DNA from: Macrostomum lignano
Lineage: Eukaryota
Assembly (NCBI GenBank): GCA_002269645.1
Contig: NIVC01001208.1
Span: forward strand, 62,001-126,000
Length of the DNA stretch: 64,000 nt
Reading direction: 5' to 3'
A program made the position numbers and the translations under genes. This document shows, piece by piece, positions 13,131 to 27,240 of the stretch; position 1 is the stretch's first letter; the number at the start of each line of letters is the position of its first letter. Under the pieces are notes generated by a model, which saw only the letters and a program-made list of their open reading frames with translations, searched no databases and was not told where the DNA came from.

Positions 13131-14499
13131 AATTATAAAATAAATTTATTAAATCTAGGAACCTCTAGCAACTTGCACTGATCTTAAGGCCATAAACTAA
13201 ATTCAAACTAATTTCTATAAATACCTCTTTAACCTATCTAAAAACACTTGTTATTCAATTATCCTTGTTGTTTAACATTCCTTTCCCTCAATATTTCCAA
13301 AAATTTTCTTAAAATTAAACAAAAAATGGAATCGTATTATTATAATATTCAAATTAAACAACTGCTCTAATAACCTCAGGAAAACAGACATCCTTAAAAA
13401 CACAAAACCTAGGTTTTTGCATTTGCATATACAAGCATTAGACCCTACAGAGAATTATAACTAAGATGAAGCAACAATGATTAAGCAGTTATATATCTCT
13501 TAGGAATGTAAGAAAAAAAACCAAAAAATTAACCTACATAAAAGTCAAGCATTAATAAAAATTTCTATATTTGCTAAAATATTTAAGGTCTGATTTAAAA
13601 AAAACTTTTTTCCAAACATATTTAGAAATGAAAATACTTAGAACTTATCGTTAATCTTAAAACTGGGTTCTTACCCAATATACATGCACAAACCCCTTGA
13701 TTTACATTGGCTATGCAACTTAATTTTAGTCAAAAAATGCAACTTACCTATGAATGAAAGTGTAAAGCAAAAAAATAATGCAAAATCAATTTTGGGTAAA
13801 TGGCAAAATTTTTCCCATGATTGTCTTCCTATATACTAAAAATGATAATCTTGCTGGCTTGCTTGTATGCAATTGATTTTTTTCCTAAACAGCTGAATTG
13901 ATTTTTATAAGACTAAAAGACTTGCACCATTTGATCAGAATATATCCTATGACAGTACATATGTCTAAGCTAAGAAATTGCTCAATGCTAAAGGGATTAA
14001 ATAATCAAAAAACATGCTTTTTTGCAAAGGTCAGGCAGCTCTTTTGACTTGAAATGCATTGTAAGAATGTTAGAAAAAATACTAATTGGTTGAATTCTGA
14101 TTCTGGAATAGTTTGCATCATAACTAAATTGTAACTCTAACTTGAATTGTGTCACAGTATTAAAAATGCAGTGTAAAAGCATAGCACTAGACTTGATTTA
14201 GATTGTGTAATAATATAGTTAACTGATATTGACTGACTAAGAAATTTGATTATGTCATAACTGCCTTGTATGATATACTCTATGCTTGGAGTTTTGAAAG
14301 TGTTGAATTATATTTTAAGTGCTAAAATTCATGTTATCAAAACAATGCAAGCTAGCCTATAGGTGAACTACTGACTAAACTGCTAAATGCGAAACAATGG
14401 TTCAAATTTTTAGAGTAAAGTTTTTTAAACAAAAACTTGTTTTTTTAGTTTTTTAAGTAAAATTTAAAAGTATTTTTTTGGATTTTAAAAAAACTTTAA

Positions 14500-15140
14500 A
14501 AAGAAGTATCATGTGAAAAATAAAAGAATCGTCATAAAAAACCATAGAAGTGTCATGTAAAAAATCATAGAAGCATCATGCAAAAAAATATAGAAGCCTT
14601 ATATAAATAACTATAGAAGTGTTGTGTAAAAATCATAGAAGCATCATGTAAAAATTATAAAAGCATTATGTAAAGGATCATAGAAGCATCATGTAAAAAA
14701 TTATAGAGATGTCATTTAAAAATCATAGAAGTGTCATGGAAAAATCATAGAGGCCTCATGTAAAAAATTATAGAAGCATCATATAAACAATTATAGAAGC
14801 ATAAATTTTTAGTATATAGATGTCAAAAATCATATAAGCATCATTTAAACAATCATAGAAAAGTCATGTAAAAACATAAAAGCATCATGTCAACAATAAT
14901 AGAAGTGTCATCTAAACAATCATAGAAATAAATTGTAAAAATGATAGAAGGATCATGTAAAAAATAATAATAAAAGAAGGAATAATAAAAGAAGTGTCAC
15001 GTCAGACATTAAAAAGTATTATATAAAAATCAAAAAGTGTTGCTATGGGGGGAGGCGCTAATAAAAGAAGTGTCATGTCAAAAAGAAAAGAAGCATTATG
15101 TAGGCATAAAAGAAGAGTCATGTCATAGTTGAAAGATTTA
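14500..15140. repeat. Degenerate ~23-bp minisatellite (AAATCATAGAAGCATCATGTAAA)
   Basis: Visible periodic ATAGAAG...TCATGT units. Confidence 0.8.
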
Positions 15141-15377
15141 TTTGGGAATTGCTATGATGTCAAGGCTTGGAGGGAATTGCTATAGTGCTGTGATGTAAAG
15201 ATGTAAAGGGAGGAATCACTAAAATGTCAAAGCTTAGGGAAGAAAAATTGCTGCAAATTTAAGGCTTTAGGGCTAGGTTTAGGTTTAGGTCAGGTTTGGA
15301 TTTATAGTTAAGGTTTAGGGGGTTTCAACATTGATAGGGATTTTTTAGATTTCAAGGTTTATAAGGGGGCAGCATCG

Positions 15378-15632
15378 TTGAGATATCAAGGCTTGCAATG
15401 GGAATAGCTAAGATGTCAAGGCTTGCAAGGGGAATAGCTGAGATATCAAGACTTGCAATGGGAATAGCTAAGATGTCAAGGCTTGCAATGGGAATAGCTA
15501 AGATATCAAGGCTTGCAATGGGAATAGCTAAGATGTCAAGGCTTGCTAGGGGAATAGCTGAGAGTTCAAGACTTGCAAGGGGAATAGCTGAGAGTTCAAG
15601 ACTTGCAAGGGGAATAGCTGAGAGTTCAAGGC
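15378..15632. repeat. 30-bp minisatellite (GCTTGCAATGGGAATAGCTAAGATGTCAAG)
   Basis: About 8 tandem units. Related single units occur at ~15880-15935 and, inverted, at ~58650-58700. Confidence 0.92.
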
Positions 15633-17324
15633 TCACAAAGGATTGCTGAGGTTATTGCAAAGAGAAGCTGTAGTTTAAACAGGTAGTATCAACATCTGGT
15701 TTATTCCAAATTAGAATAAAGCCTTGACAAAAGAAGTGTCATGTCAGATATGAAGGAAGCATGGTGTCAAAAATATAAGAAATGTCATGTCAGACATAAA
15801 AAAAGTGTCATAAAAAATGTGACATGAAACTGTGTGCTGTGACTCTTGGGGAGAATTACTATGATTTCAAATCTTATGAGGGGAATAGCTGAGATGTCAA
15901 GGCTCATAGAGGAATAAATGAGATGTCAAGGCTAAACTCAGAAGCTGTATGTAGTTTATTCAAAACTTTTTGTTACATTTGTTACAACTTTTTGTCAAGG
16001 GGGGAATTTGGTATGTTAAGGCTTGTGGGGGAACTGCTAGTATGTCAAGGCTTACAAGGGACTGCTGAGGTATAATGCAAAGGGATGCTATATGTTTATT
16101 TGAAAAGTTTTAAAAGTAAAAAGTTTATTAAAAAAACAGTTACTGCATTTTTTGGCTCCCCAATGGGGGGGGCACTGATTGCTAGTATATTAAGGCTAAA
16201 TGCTTCATTGCTATTCTAAATGCTAGTCTTAATATATAAATGCCTAATCTCAAAATTTCACCTGTGTGGTGTCTAGAATTACGACTTAGTTCCTCCTGAT
16301 TGTGACTTGGTTCCTCTCGATTGCAACTTAGTTCCCCCAATTGCAACTTAATTTTCAATTTGTATATGACTTTTCTTGCCTTTTTCTCCTTTCTTCTCTC
16401 TTCTCTTTCCCCTCTCTCTCTCTTCTCCTTCCTTTCTTTTCCTTTTCTCTTCCTCTTATTTCTTTCTCCCAATTTTTCATTTTTTTGCATTTTCAATTTT
16501 GCAACTTACCTTGGTCAGTAGCCATTTCACCCGTCTGGTTTGGATAGGTTGGACAGGTGTTAGGCATGTAAGTCTAAATACATTAGCCAAAACCAACTGA
16601 ACACAAGGCAATTCTACAACTTAGGCTATGCTATAAATGAAAACAATAAAAAGACCTATTAGCTATTGAGATGATTTTAAAACTCTAATAGTCTTTTCTT
16701 TAATCAACCTTTTAATCTAGGCAATACCCTATCACCTAGGTGTCTCTTGCTATTGCTATCTGTCTTACACTTTGAATCTGTAGTGCCTAATCTTCCTGAT
16801 CTTCCTAGATTATTCTGTCTTCTGCTCTATCCCTCTTTTGCATTGTTTTTGCTTTTTTTCTTTTGCAAATGCAAATGTTATTGTTTTTTTACTTCTGGTC
16901 TATCCCCATTTTTTCTCATAGCCTCATGCTTACCCATTGTTACTTGATTAGATTTTATTATGTTTCATTTTTCTGCTCTTCTTAAAAACCAACTATGGTC
17001 AAAATACAACATTTTATACCATCAAACAGTCAAACTAAATGATATACTGAACCCATTTTTCTTGCTACTAATTTTCTTATTATCACATCTACACACTTTG
17101 TTTTCTTTTTGCCCTTTTTGATTGTGCTTTTATATCATGAATATTTTAAATTCATGCAAATTCAAGTTATATCATTTTAGGTATATTAATATCGACTTTA
17201 TGCTAAATTCATGTCATTATTGCACAAAATTTACAAAATTTCCTGATGTAATGCAACATGTTTGTCCTTTAGGGTACATTACCTAGTCCCAAGTTTCTAA
17301 TCAGGGCTATACTACAATGAATAT

Positions 17325-19260
17325 ATTCCTAGCCCAATTCTTCAGTTCAGGCTTCACTACAGTTAATCTATTCCCAGCCCAATCCTTCAGAGCTTCACTA
17401 CAGTGACTAAATTCCCAGCCCAATCCTTCAGAGCTTCACTATAGTGAATATATTCCCAGCCCAATCCTTCAGAGCTTCACTACAGTGACTAAATTCCCAG
17501 TCCAATCCTTCAGAGCTTCACTACAGTGACTAAATTCCCAGTCCCAATCCTTCAGAGCTTCACTACAGTGACTAAATTCCCAGTCCCAATCCTTCAGAGC
17601 TTCACTACAGTGACTAAATTCCCAGCCCCAATCCTTCAGAGCTTCACTACAGTGACTAAATTCCCAGCCCAATCCTTCAGAGCTTCACTACAGTGACTAA
17701 ATTCCCAGCCCCAATCCTTCAGAGCTACACTACAGTGACTAAATTCCCAGCCCAATCCTTCAGAGCTTCACTACAGTGACTAAATTCCCAGCCCCAATCC
17801 TTCAGAGCTACACTACAGTGACTAAATTCCCAGCCCAATCCTTCAGAGCTTCACTACAGTGACTAAATTCCCAGCCCAATCCTTCAGAGCTTCACTACAG
17901 TGACTAAATTCCCAGCCCCAATCCTTCAGAGCTACACTACAGTGACTAAATTCCCAGTCCCAATCCTTCAGAGCTACATTACAGTGACTAAATTCCAAGC
18001 CCAATCCTTCAGAGCTACACTACAGTGACTAAATTCCCAGTCCCAATCCTTCAGAGCTACATTACAGTGACTAAATTCCCAGTCCCAATCCTTCAGAGCT
18101 CACTACAGTGACTAAATTCCCAGTCCCATTCCTTCAGAGCTTCACTACAGTGACTAAATTCCCAGTCCTTCAGGGCTTCACTACAGTGACTAAATTCCCA
18201 ATCCTTCAGAGCTCACTACAGTGACTAAATTCCCAGCCCAATCCTTCAGAGCTTCACTACAGTGACTAAATTCCCAGTCCCAATCCTTCAGAGCTCACTA
18301 CAGTGACTAAATTCCCAGTCCCAATCCTTCAGAGCTCACTACAGTGACTAAATTCCCAGCACCAATCCTTCAGAGCTTCACTACAGTGACTAAATTCCCA
18401 GTCCCAATCCTTCAGAGCTTCACTACAGTGACTGAATTCCCAGTCCCAATCCTTCAGAGCTTCACTACAGTGACTAAATTCCCAGTCCCAATTCTTCAGA
18501 GCTACATTACAGTGACTAAATTCCCAGTCCCAATCCTTCAGAGCTCACTACAGTGACTAAATTCCCAGTCCCAATCCTTCAGAGCTTCACTACAGTGACT
18601 AAATTCCCAGTCGCAAACCTTCAGAGCTCACTACAGTGACTAAATTCCCAGTCGCAAACCTTCAGAGCTCACTACAGTGACTAAATTCCCAGTCCCAATC
18701 CTTCAGAGCTCACTACAGTGACTAAATTCCCAGTCCCAATCCTTCAGAGCTCACTCAGGGGCGTAGCCAGGAATTTTAATTGGGGGGGCCGTGAGTTAGG
18801 GGGCGCCAGCTTCTTATAGGGGGCGCCAGTTTCTTTTAGGGGGGGGGCGCCAGTTTCTTATAGGGGGCGCCAGTTTTTTAGGGGGGGGGCGCCAGTTTCT
18901 TATAGGGGGGCGCCAGTTTCTTTTAGGGGGTGGGGCGCCAGTTTCTTTTAGGGGGGGGGGGCGCCAGTTTCTTATAGGGGGGGCGCCAGTTTCTTATAGG
19001 GGGGGCGCCAGTTTCTTATAGGGGGGGCGCCAGTTTCTTATAGGGGGGGCGCCAGTTTCTTTTAGGGGGGCGCCAGTTTCTTATAGGGGGGGGGGGCGCC
19101 AGTTTCTTTTTAGGGGGGGGGGGGCGCCAGTTTCTTTTAGGGGGGGGGGCGCCAAGGCCAGAGTTGGTGATTGGGGGTGGCCACGGCCCCCCTTGCCCCC
19201 CCTCTGGCTACGCCCCTGAGCTCACTACAGTGACTAAATTCCCAGTCCCAATCCTTCAGG
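17325..19260. repeat. 41-42 bp minisatellite (CCTTCAGAGCTTCACTACAGTGACTAAATTCCCAGTCCCAAT) interrupted by a MITE
   Basis: About 34 units at 17325-18755, resuming for one unit at 19219-19260. Confidence 0.95.
18756..19218. mobile_element. 463-bp hAT-like MITE with internal G-rich tandem repeat
   Basis: 15-bp TIRs CAGGGGCGTAGCCAG / CTGGCTACGCCCCTG. Perfect 8-bp TSD AGCTCACT (18748-18755, 19219-19226). Interior consists of GGCGCCAGTTTCTTATAGGGGGG units. Confidence 0.92.
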
Positions 19261-19392
19261 GCTACCCCCTCTTCCTAAGTGAATACTCTCAATATTCAAG
19301 ACCAAATAGCACCAATCCAATTAAATACTTCACCTGGCCATGCAATCAATTGCATGCTTTAGCGTTGCTTTTTCATCTACCAACCGAGTTAA

Positions 19393-19827
<435 letters not shown>

Positions 19828-21811
19828 ATTTTTAACATAAGCTTAATTGTTTTATTATTGACAACTATAAACTATCTCCCGTGTCCCCAAAATTTGACTT
19901 TGACGAACTAATATAAAAATCTCAGTTTTGTCTCTGTTTGTGTTTTTATTGTTTCTTTTTAAAAAACAAGGCAATGCTACTTTTTAGGGTTCCTTTAATT
20001 ATAACTATTAATTCGAGTTGATTAATTCTACTCTTTTTGTGTTAATATACTACTACTACTACTACTAAGTAGGTCTCGTATCTTCTTTTATAATTCTACT
20101 ATATAATCCCAAAATATTCATATCCGTACATTTATATTCCACCCGTCATAGTTTCTGTGTATATACTTCAAATCTTCATATATCGCTCTTAAATTTAATT
20201 GCAATTTTTTTTAAAATAAAAAGCTCTTAATGTAACTTTTTTCTAAATCAGTGAAATACTCGTTTAAATCCAGTGATTGTAACACCTGTTTGTATTGTGA
20301 CGGAAAATCTATGTATTACTCATTCTTTGTTTAATAATTATCCAGGTAAATGTGAGACTCTAAAACTTGTGAAATCCAATTGTTAAAGTATTGTTTTAGA
20401 AGTACATAATGCTATTAAAACTTTAATTTTGTGTCTCGGCAACATTTGTCAGTTTTGTTTCAAAATCAATCTAATTGGAAATTTGGGCCATCATTATTGT
20501 TCTAAGAAATAAAAAATAAACGTAACTAATTGGTCAATTCTTCATTGTTGTGGCATTAACTTCTACTGGTTCTTTGTTTTAATTATTATATTTATAGATA
20601 ATAGATTAAAAATTTGTCTGTTACTGACATGTAAGTATTAGGCTTCTGCAAGAAAAGCATTTTTCGGGTTTCCGTCTGTCTTCCCATCCAATGTTAATTA
20701 AAGGTATGCTTAAGCTGCATGCATCAATACCTTAACTCTTATCAACCAGAAGTTACGGACGTGGACTGTGAAAGCGACGGGTTTTTCTTGGACAGTTTTC
20801 ACATCCTAATTTTCATCTACTGCCTAGGTTTTTTCTCACTTCCTTTCTTTACCATCTGCAGCTGCAATATGCAATCAACATTCTCCGGTTTCTTTCCGTC
20901 TTTTTGGGCCTTCTGAAACGCCCACGGCCATGGGATCTCCCACTAGTGACGTTGCGATTCCCCTTGCCTTTGTACGTATGCCTGCCTCATTTGCACTTTA
21001 ATATTGTGTTATGTATACAGCCTCTAGTCATTGCAACTTTAGGAGATGTCGGGGTGAAGGAAGTGCTGCTGGCTGGCCTGCTTTTATTGGACACTATTTT
21101 TGCCTGTATTGGTCGATTAGGGAAGAGGGAGAGCTTTTGGCAATTAGCGCGAGCTTTTTGGGGTTCTCTGTGAACTTTCGCTTGCTTACTAGACTGGCTT
21201 GGTCTGTGCTTTGGATTCTTGTTCGACCTTCTAGCGTCCTCGTATGGCCCCACCCCTCGCTGCCACTCTTCCCTCTCCACCCAAGGCCTGGGGCCATAGA
21301 TAAAGTATACAGTATACTTTATCCCCTGTATCCCCTGTACTTTATCCCCCTGTATACTTTATCTATGCCTGGGGCACACTGGAACCGTCTCCTCCGCACG
21401 TCACTATCTCTAGAGAACTGTATTTTAAGTGGCTAATACAACAAGCCAACCCCTCCGTTAGACCAACCACCCCACCTTCGGTGTACGTACAGTGCTGTGG
21501 GACGCTTTCTCACCCCGTCCAATAGGCAAACTAGTTCTACATTATCTGCTAGCTCCCCTCACCCCCTTCAGCCAACCCCTCCCCTGCCGCGTCTGCTATT
21601 GACGCAAACCCCTCTATATAGTCGCGTGTTGGGCATGGTCCCTCGTTTTTTATTGTATTATTTACTTAATCATTTTCTTTCTTTGGATCTAATTTCCACT
21701 ATCCAGGCAAAATTTCTCTGCTTAAAGTTTTATCCGTTAAAGTACACTAATAAAACATACTCTTAGCTAATCAATCGTGTAATTAATTAAAATTCTTTCT
21801 TCAACACTGGT

Positions 21812-22250
21812 GCTTATAAATAGCTTTCAATTATTCAGCGAGACTTCAATAAATCACCAAAGATAATTAGTAGCGTCCTGTTTTATTCTGTTTCGGTAAG
21901 TTGCATAGCGTAGAGACCAGACCTACTTACCTAAATTATTTTAAATTTATGACTACCACTTTTCAGCGATTTTTAACGTTCTAATGGCATTTAAATATTT
22001 TACAAGCTACACATTATACATTTATTACTTAGAGCTTATAAATAGCTTTCAATTATTCAGCGAGACTTCAATAAATCACCAAAGATAATTAGTAGCGTCC
22101 TGTTTTATTCTGTTTCGGTAAGTTGCATAGCGTAGAGACCAGACCTACTTACCTAAATTATTTTAAATTTATGACTACCACTTTTCAGCGATTTTTAACG
22201 TTCTAATGGCATTTAAATATTTTACAAGCTACACATTATACATTTATTAC
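21812..22250. repeat. Direct tandem duplication of 217 bp (21812-22028, 22034-22250)
   Basis: Two apparently identical copies separated by TTAGA. Confidence 0.9.
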
Positions 22251-23589
22251 CTGTTATAGAATGTAAATGACTTAAGAATTTGAATTTCCTTGTAGTTGTA
22301 TTAGACTCCATTCGTTAGTTATTGTTATTGATTTTAATTAAAGCGTGGAGGTCTAATTTCATTAGTTTATTATCTCTTATCGTTATCAATTAGCATATAA
22401 TTTCAGTGTAATTCAATTGACAAGAATCATATCGATTTGATATCAATCAAAGCATGCACAATATATAGCGTTATCATCTTTCTTCGAAACTTTAGCCTAA
22501 GCTATAGCTAGCTACTAAGAGAGAACGCTATTACACACGTGATTTTGATTTTTATATATTCGTGTATGTATGTGGTAGGCTCGGCTGCTTCTCAGTAAGA
22601 TTACGCTTTTGCTTCGGTACAGTGTGTGTGAGTGAGTATATTTATTTAAGCATTGCATTGAGTTAGGGTTTAGCTAGTCGCAATGGTCGGTAGATAGTGG
22701 CTGCTACTATCTCTTATCTTGACAAAGGTTCGCGAAAGCCAAGCGAACGCATAGTTGATCGAATGGAAAGGCCCTTTTGCTTTAGTGACGTTTGCCGCCC
22801 TGTTTCTGCTCGAAGTGACTCTTCTCTGTTTAACTGGAAATATCGAACAGCTTGGCCCCTGTCGTCATAAATAGTTTGCTGTAAACAAGGTTAAAGCCGC
22901 TTTTAATTTTTATCTATCTTTTATGTCAATTTAGTATTCTGAGCTGGGATTGGAGGCTTGGAGCATTTCAATAACGTCATGTATGCATCTGTATACTGCT
23001 GCACGTTTGTTCATTAAGAAGCAAAATAACCGTCCTTCATCCATCTCTATTTGGTTTTTAATTGACTCTTGTCGTCCTGAATTATTTTTATGATCTTGCG
23101 TCTTTTGACGTGGTCTGTTAATTTTGGTTCGCCTTATGTAAATGAAATAGTATAAACGTTAACGTAAGCGTTTCTTCAGTATTTCGCTGTGAAGTTTATT
23201 TTATTCTGTCTAAAACACCTAACCGTTTAGGGTGCTTCAAAATCTAAATTGTATCTATTCATTCCGGGCAGGGCTTTATTATTCGCTTGGTGGATAAGAA
23301 GATAATTGCTGCTCAATTTGCTCATAACTCGTAGAATTGTTGTTCATAGAGTTTTTAGTGAGATAGCTCAGTGTGCGCAGGAAAGACGAACAGGCGTCTG
23401 TTTTTTGTCTATTATAACTAGTTAAAATCTAAGGCTCTAACTGAAATGGCTATTGTCTTCTTTCAATCTACACATCGAAGGTGTGCTTGTGAAGAGTGAA
23501 CCGTTAAAGTTGTTTTTATTAGCTGTGGGTACTGAGTATAACAAAATTTATAGGATTTTGTTGAATTTTTTTGTTTTGTTTGAGTTTCA

Positions 23590-23839
23590 TTTGGGGGGGG
23601 GGCGGTCCAAGTTTCGGGCGCTAACACGAGTATAAAGGGCGCCAACACGAGTATAAGGGGCGCCAATTTTTAAGCTAGGGGCGCAAAAAGTTGCGTGTAG
23701 TCAAGCTTAGGGGCGCAAAAAGGTGTTTGGGGGGGAATCTTGCTTAGGGGGCGCAGGCTTAGGTTTTTTGGGGGCGCAGTATGTTCTCTGACAAGCTATT
23801 TTTGGGGGAGGCGCCCCCCCCCCCCTAAATCCGCCCCTG
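23590..23839. mobile_element. Partial GC-rich MITE (one terminus)
   Basis: Ends CCCCCTAAATCCGCCCCTG (reverse complement CAGGGGCGGATTTAG). Interior has GGGGCGCC/GGGGCGCA units. The other terminus was not found. Confidence 0.55.
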
Positions 23840-25265
23840 CAGCTGAAGCTTCAGTTTTTCTTTAACTAACTGACTAACGGCGATGCTGCTTAAATTTAGG
23901 GTTCTGTATGAAAATAGGCGGTAGACTAGTAGAGTTACAATTGCATATATTACTAGATCTTTCAAAACTTCGTCTCTGTCTGTAGCCCTTTGTGCTACTG
24001 ATCTAAGGAGCTAATGTTCCGCTTTGCGTCAACGCTCGAATGATTAACCCTTTGCGATTATTGCGTCACACATCGCGTCGATAATGATTCGAAGATGATT
24101 GTGTAACAGCTGCAAGCAGCTGCACTCATCCTGCTGCAAAGACATGCGCAGCATGTACAGTTGTCTCTTACGTAATCGTCAGGAAGAAGCTATTAATGAC
24201 GTGGTGTGCCGATCTCCGGGCCTATTCCCTTCTGCAGTTTTTTTAACCAAATAGCCTCTGTTTCTTCTCGTTTTGCTTGCTGGCTGACTGACTGTGAGGG
24301 TGAAAAGCAAGTAGTACGCATCATATGCCAATGCCTGTCTCGCAGTCTATATAGGTAAACTGTAGCTGCCTTTTATAAGCAGCGCCTAATGATTTTCCTT
24401 TGGAATAGTCTAACCTATGCGTCACGTGTTTCTCTCTGCTCTGCTCCCTTTGTTGCTGCTGTACAGAGGCTGACTAATATGACTAAGCATAACAGTCGTT
24501 AGCCCCATTGCATTTTCACTCCCCAAAGTGGTAGCTCTTTTTTTGTCGGCTTAAGAATTCTGGAAATTGCCCTCCCTCATTTTAAAAAAATGAGAAAGAC
24601 CGTGTAGACCTTTTCGCCTCACAAGTCTAAGTTACTCAGGAATTGACTATCATAGATGGGCAGAAATCCATGCAGTGCTTTCGCATACTGATACAGCGTA
24701 TCCATGCTGCATTGCTGCAGCCTGCAGCAGAGGGTTTGCTTCGTTTCTATCCCCCCGTAATATCATGTACAGAATGTGCATACCCGTCATTACGCTCACT
24801 ACTTGTGTTTGTTACTATGTGTGACCGCATTTTTTTCACCTACATTTACTTTCTTCCCTGTTTATCTCCCTCCCTCGCTCGACTGCCATGTTCTGCCTTC
24901 CAAAAAGTCAATCTTTGCTATTTATAAACTGTTCAATACTACTTACACTATTCTTTCCACATTCCCATATACGATGCCCTCTCTTTTTCTCTTAGCTTTA
25001 TTTCCCGCATTTCCTGAACTTTTTTCCGTTTTGTCGGCTGGCTGAAAACTGACTAAATATCTGCGTTTTAAGAGGTGAAAGAATTTTTATCACATTCCTT
25101 TTGTATAGGGTACACTGCTAGGTCAGTCAGTATAGTATAATGATAGCGATAATGTCAATGGCATTCCTCGCGGACGACATTTTGCCCATTAGCTCATTTT
25201 TGTTCATAATGCACTAACCAATGCAATTGAAAACCATATAGCTCAGAACGATTGACAGGACGCAT

Positions 25266-25564
25266 CATACATGCGCAACAGTCGGCCGAGTCGGCCGATC
25301 CGGCCGACCGATTTGGCAGTCAATCAAGGAAGTCGCAAAAATGCCCACCCGAAAAATACCAAAGTAGTATTACTAAGGAGCTGACGAGGCATTTTGACCT
25401 AATAAGACAGTCATAGTTACTCCTGCCGTTTACCCAAAGTTGTGTTAATTTTGCTTTAGGGTTTTTATTACATGTAAGTCGCATTTTTTGGCCAAAAACT
25501 ACGTCGCATTTTTGTTAAAACTAAGTCGCATGGCCGACCGAATTTTGGAGGTTGCGCATGTATG
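25266..25564. mobile_element. 299-bp MITE, CATACATGCGCAAC family (opposite orientation to 11033 copy)
   Basis: 14-bp TIRs. Perfect 8-bp TSD GGACGCAT (25258-25265, 25565-25572). Highly similar to the 11033-11327 copy. Confidence 0.92.
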
Positions 25565-26135
25565 GGACGCATCGACATCTCACACAGAATGATTTATTTA
25601 GCATTATAAAATGTGCACAGGTACAGTTACAGTCTAAACCGGTCATGAGTTACACATTTTTAGAATTTTCACCTTTGCCCCTTTGTATTGCAGGATAGAA
25701 TATACAATATATACAGTGGATATATCGCGACAGAGCTCAGTTAGTCCGTTAATTACGTTTGTCCTACGTCTGAAACAGTTGCAAATTACTATAGAAGCTG
25801 CGGTCGTACAAATTGGATTGCTTCTTAACTTGACTAAGCTAGAGAATTCCAGGGTAAGCGCTAGTTCCAGTCGAAAGTCCAAAGGTTTTTCTGTTAGTTG
25901 ATTAGATAAAAACGGTATGACTAGATTAGCTAGCTGGTTAGTTAAATTACTTTGTTTTCAATGACACAAACCTGACCCTGATTCCAGTGCAGTACAGTTC
26001 ACGTGCAGTAATGTATTTCTCATTTATTAAGTGTTTTTTCCAGCAAATTTCCATGCTAGCAAGGCTTTCAAATTTTGTTGGTGGGTGTGTGCCTTTACAA
26101 TACTTCGGTGTAAAAGTCACGTGGTAATTCTGGGA

Positions 26136-26455
26136 CAGGCTGGGCAAACTTTTCTACTTGAAGGGTCAGATAAGTAATCTATTCTAGCTTATGTCTGCGG
26201 GCTAGATGAGAGAGAAAAGGAATGGGAAGAGGGGAGAGAGAGGAAAAAGATGAAAGAAGAGTTAAGAGGAAGAATAGAGGAGAGATGGGATGGAGGAGAA
26301 GAGAGTAGAGGAAAGAGCAGAGGAGAGGGGGGAGAGAAAAGAGCTGAGAGCTGAGAAGAGACATGTGCTTTTAAGCGGATCGTGTTGGTATTGTTAAGTA
26401 TTAAAGGACCCGAGGGCCGGATAGAGAGGCTTCGCGGGCCGGAGTTTGCAAACTG
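26136..26455. mobile_element. Charlie-like hAT MITE with GA-rich interior
   Basis: Left CAGGCTGGGCAAACTT; right GGGCCGGAGTTTGCAAACTG. Flanks loosely resemble NTCTAGAN. Confidence 0.55.
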
Positions 26456-27240
26456 TCTCTAGTCATGTGATGTGACGCAATGTCGCGGTTTAAATTTGTC
26501 TAGGAGAAAGTATATAAAGATCTGTTTTAACAACACTCCAAAGTTGACAAGGGTCTGATTGTAACGTTTATGTTTATTTATTCAAGAAGAAACTATATGT
26601 TCTGTTGCTAGGGTCAGGCTGGGTACAGTACACAGGGTATGCCTGCAGTTTACTGTATACTTTCATTGGTTAGTGTCACGCTGCTTCACTGACCGCGATA
26701 CCTCTTCCCACCAACCAAGCATGCAGTCATATATGGGGCTCTTAGCTAGCAAATGTTCCTCTGTCTTGCTTTCTCTCTTGACCCCTTGGTGACAACTATT
26801 CTGTGCCTTTTTGTAGGCGTTTTGCAAATGACTTTTGGTCTATTCACTTCCTTTTTGGTGGACCGCTCTGTGTTTCTTCTGCATTTCTTTTGGTAGCCGC
26901 ACAAACTGGTTTGTTGCAGGCATTGCATTGGGTCCCTTTCTCTCTCTTCCTACCCTTTCTACTGGTCATATTTTTTTCACGCGCTTACCCTTTTTTCAGT
27001 TAGGATAAAATGCTCGTATCACACATATCGCTTTTTTCATAGTGTAATTTATAAGGTATCTTGTGCCTCATTAAAATATATATTTGTATGTCAAATGTTC
27101 ACAAAATGTAATTTCTTGTCTTTTTTACTTTCAGCTTTAGGAGAGAAACAGACTCTCATAATTTAAATTCAGAGCCATCACCTATCAAAGGGAAGACTCG
27201 TATACAGCATATCAAAAACATATTGGTTTCTAAGTTTGTC

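Larger units (their letters stand above)
13680..16575. mobile_element. Possible old, diverged copy of CATACATGCGCAAC-family element
   Basis: 13680-13830 resembles the family left end (TACATGCAC...GGCTATGCAACTTAA...TGCAACTTACCTATGAA...TTTGGGTAAATGGC) and 16490-16575 resembles the right end. No TSD is recognisable. Confidence 0.35.

Noticed and set aside
17325-19260. CRISPR-like appearance of regular arrays (also 34925-37065, 44085-47525)
   Set aside because: Units are contiguous with no unique spacers, there are no cas genes, and the context is eukaryotic; these are minisatellites.
19828-19900. Histone 3' stem-loop
   Set aside because: No GGCYCTTTTCAGRGCC-type hairpin after the stop.
27223-27240. 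ORF-track TTG start for CLUH
   Set aside because: The first in-frame ATG is at 27241; a non-ATG start is unnecessary in an animal gene.
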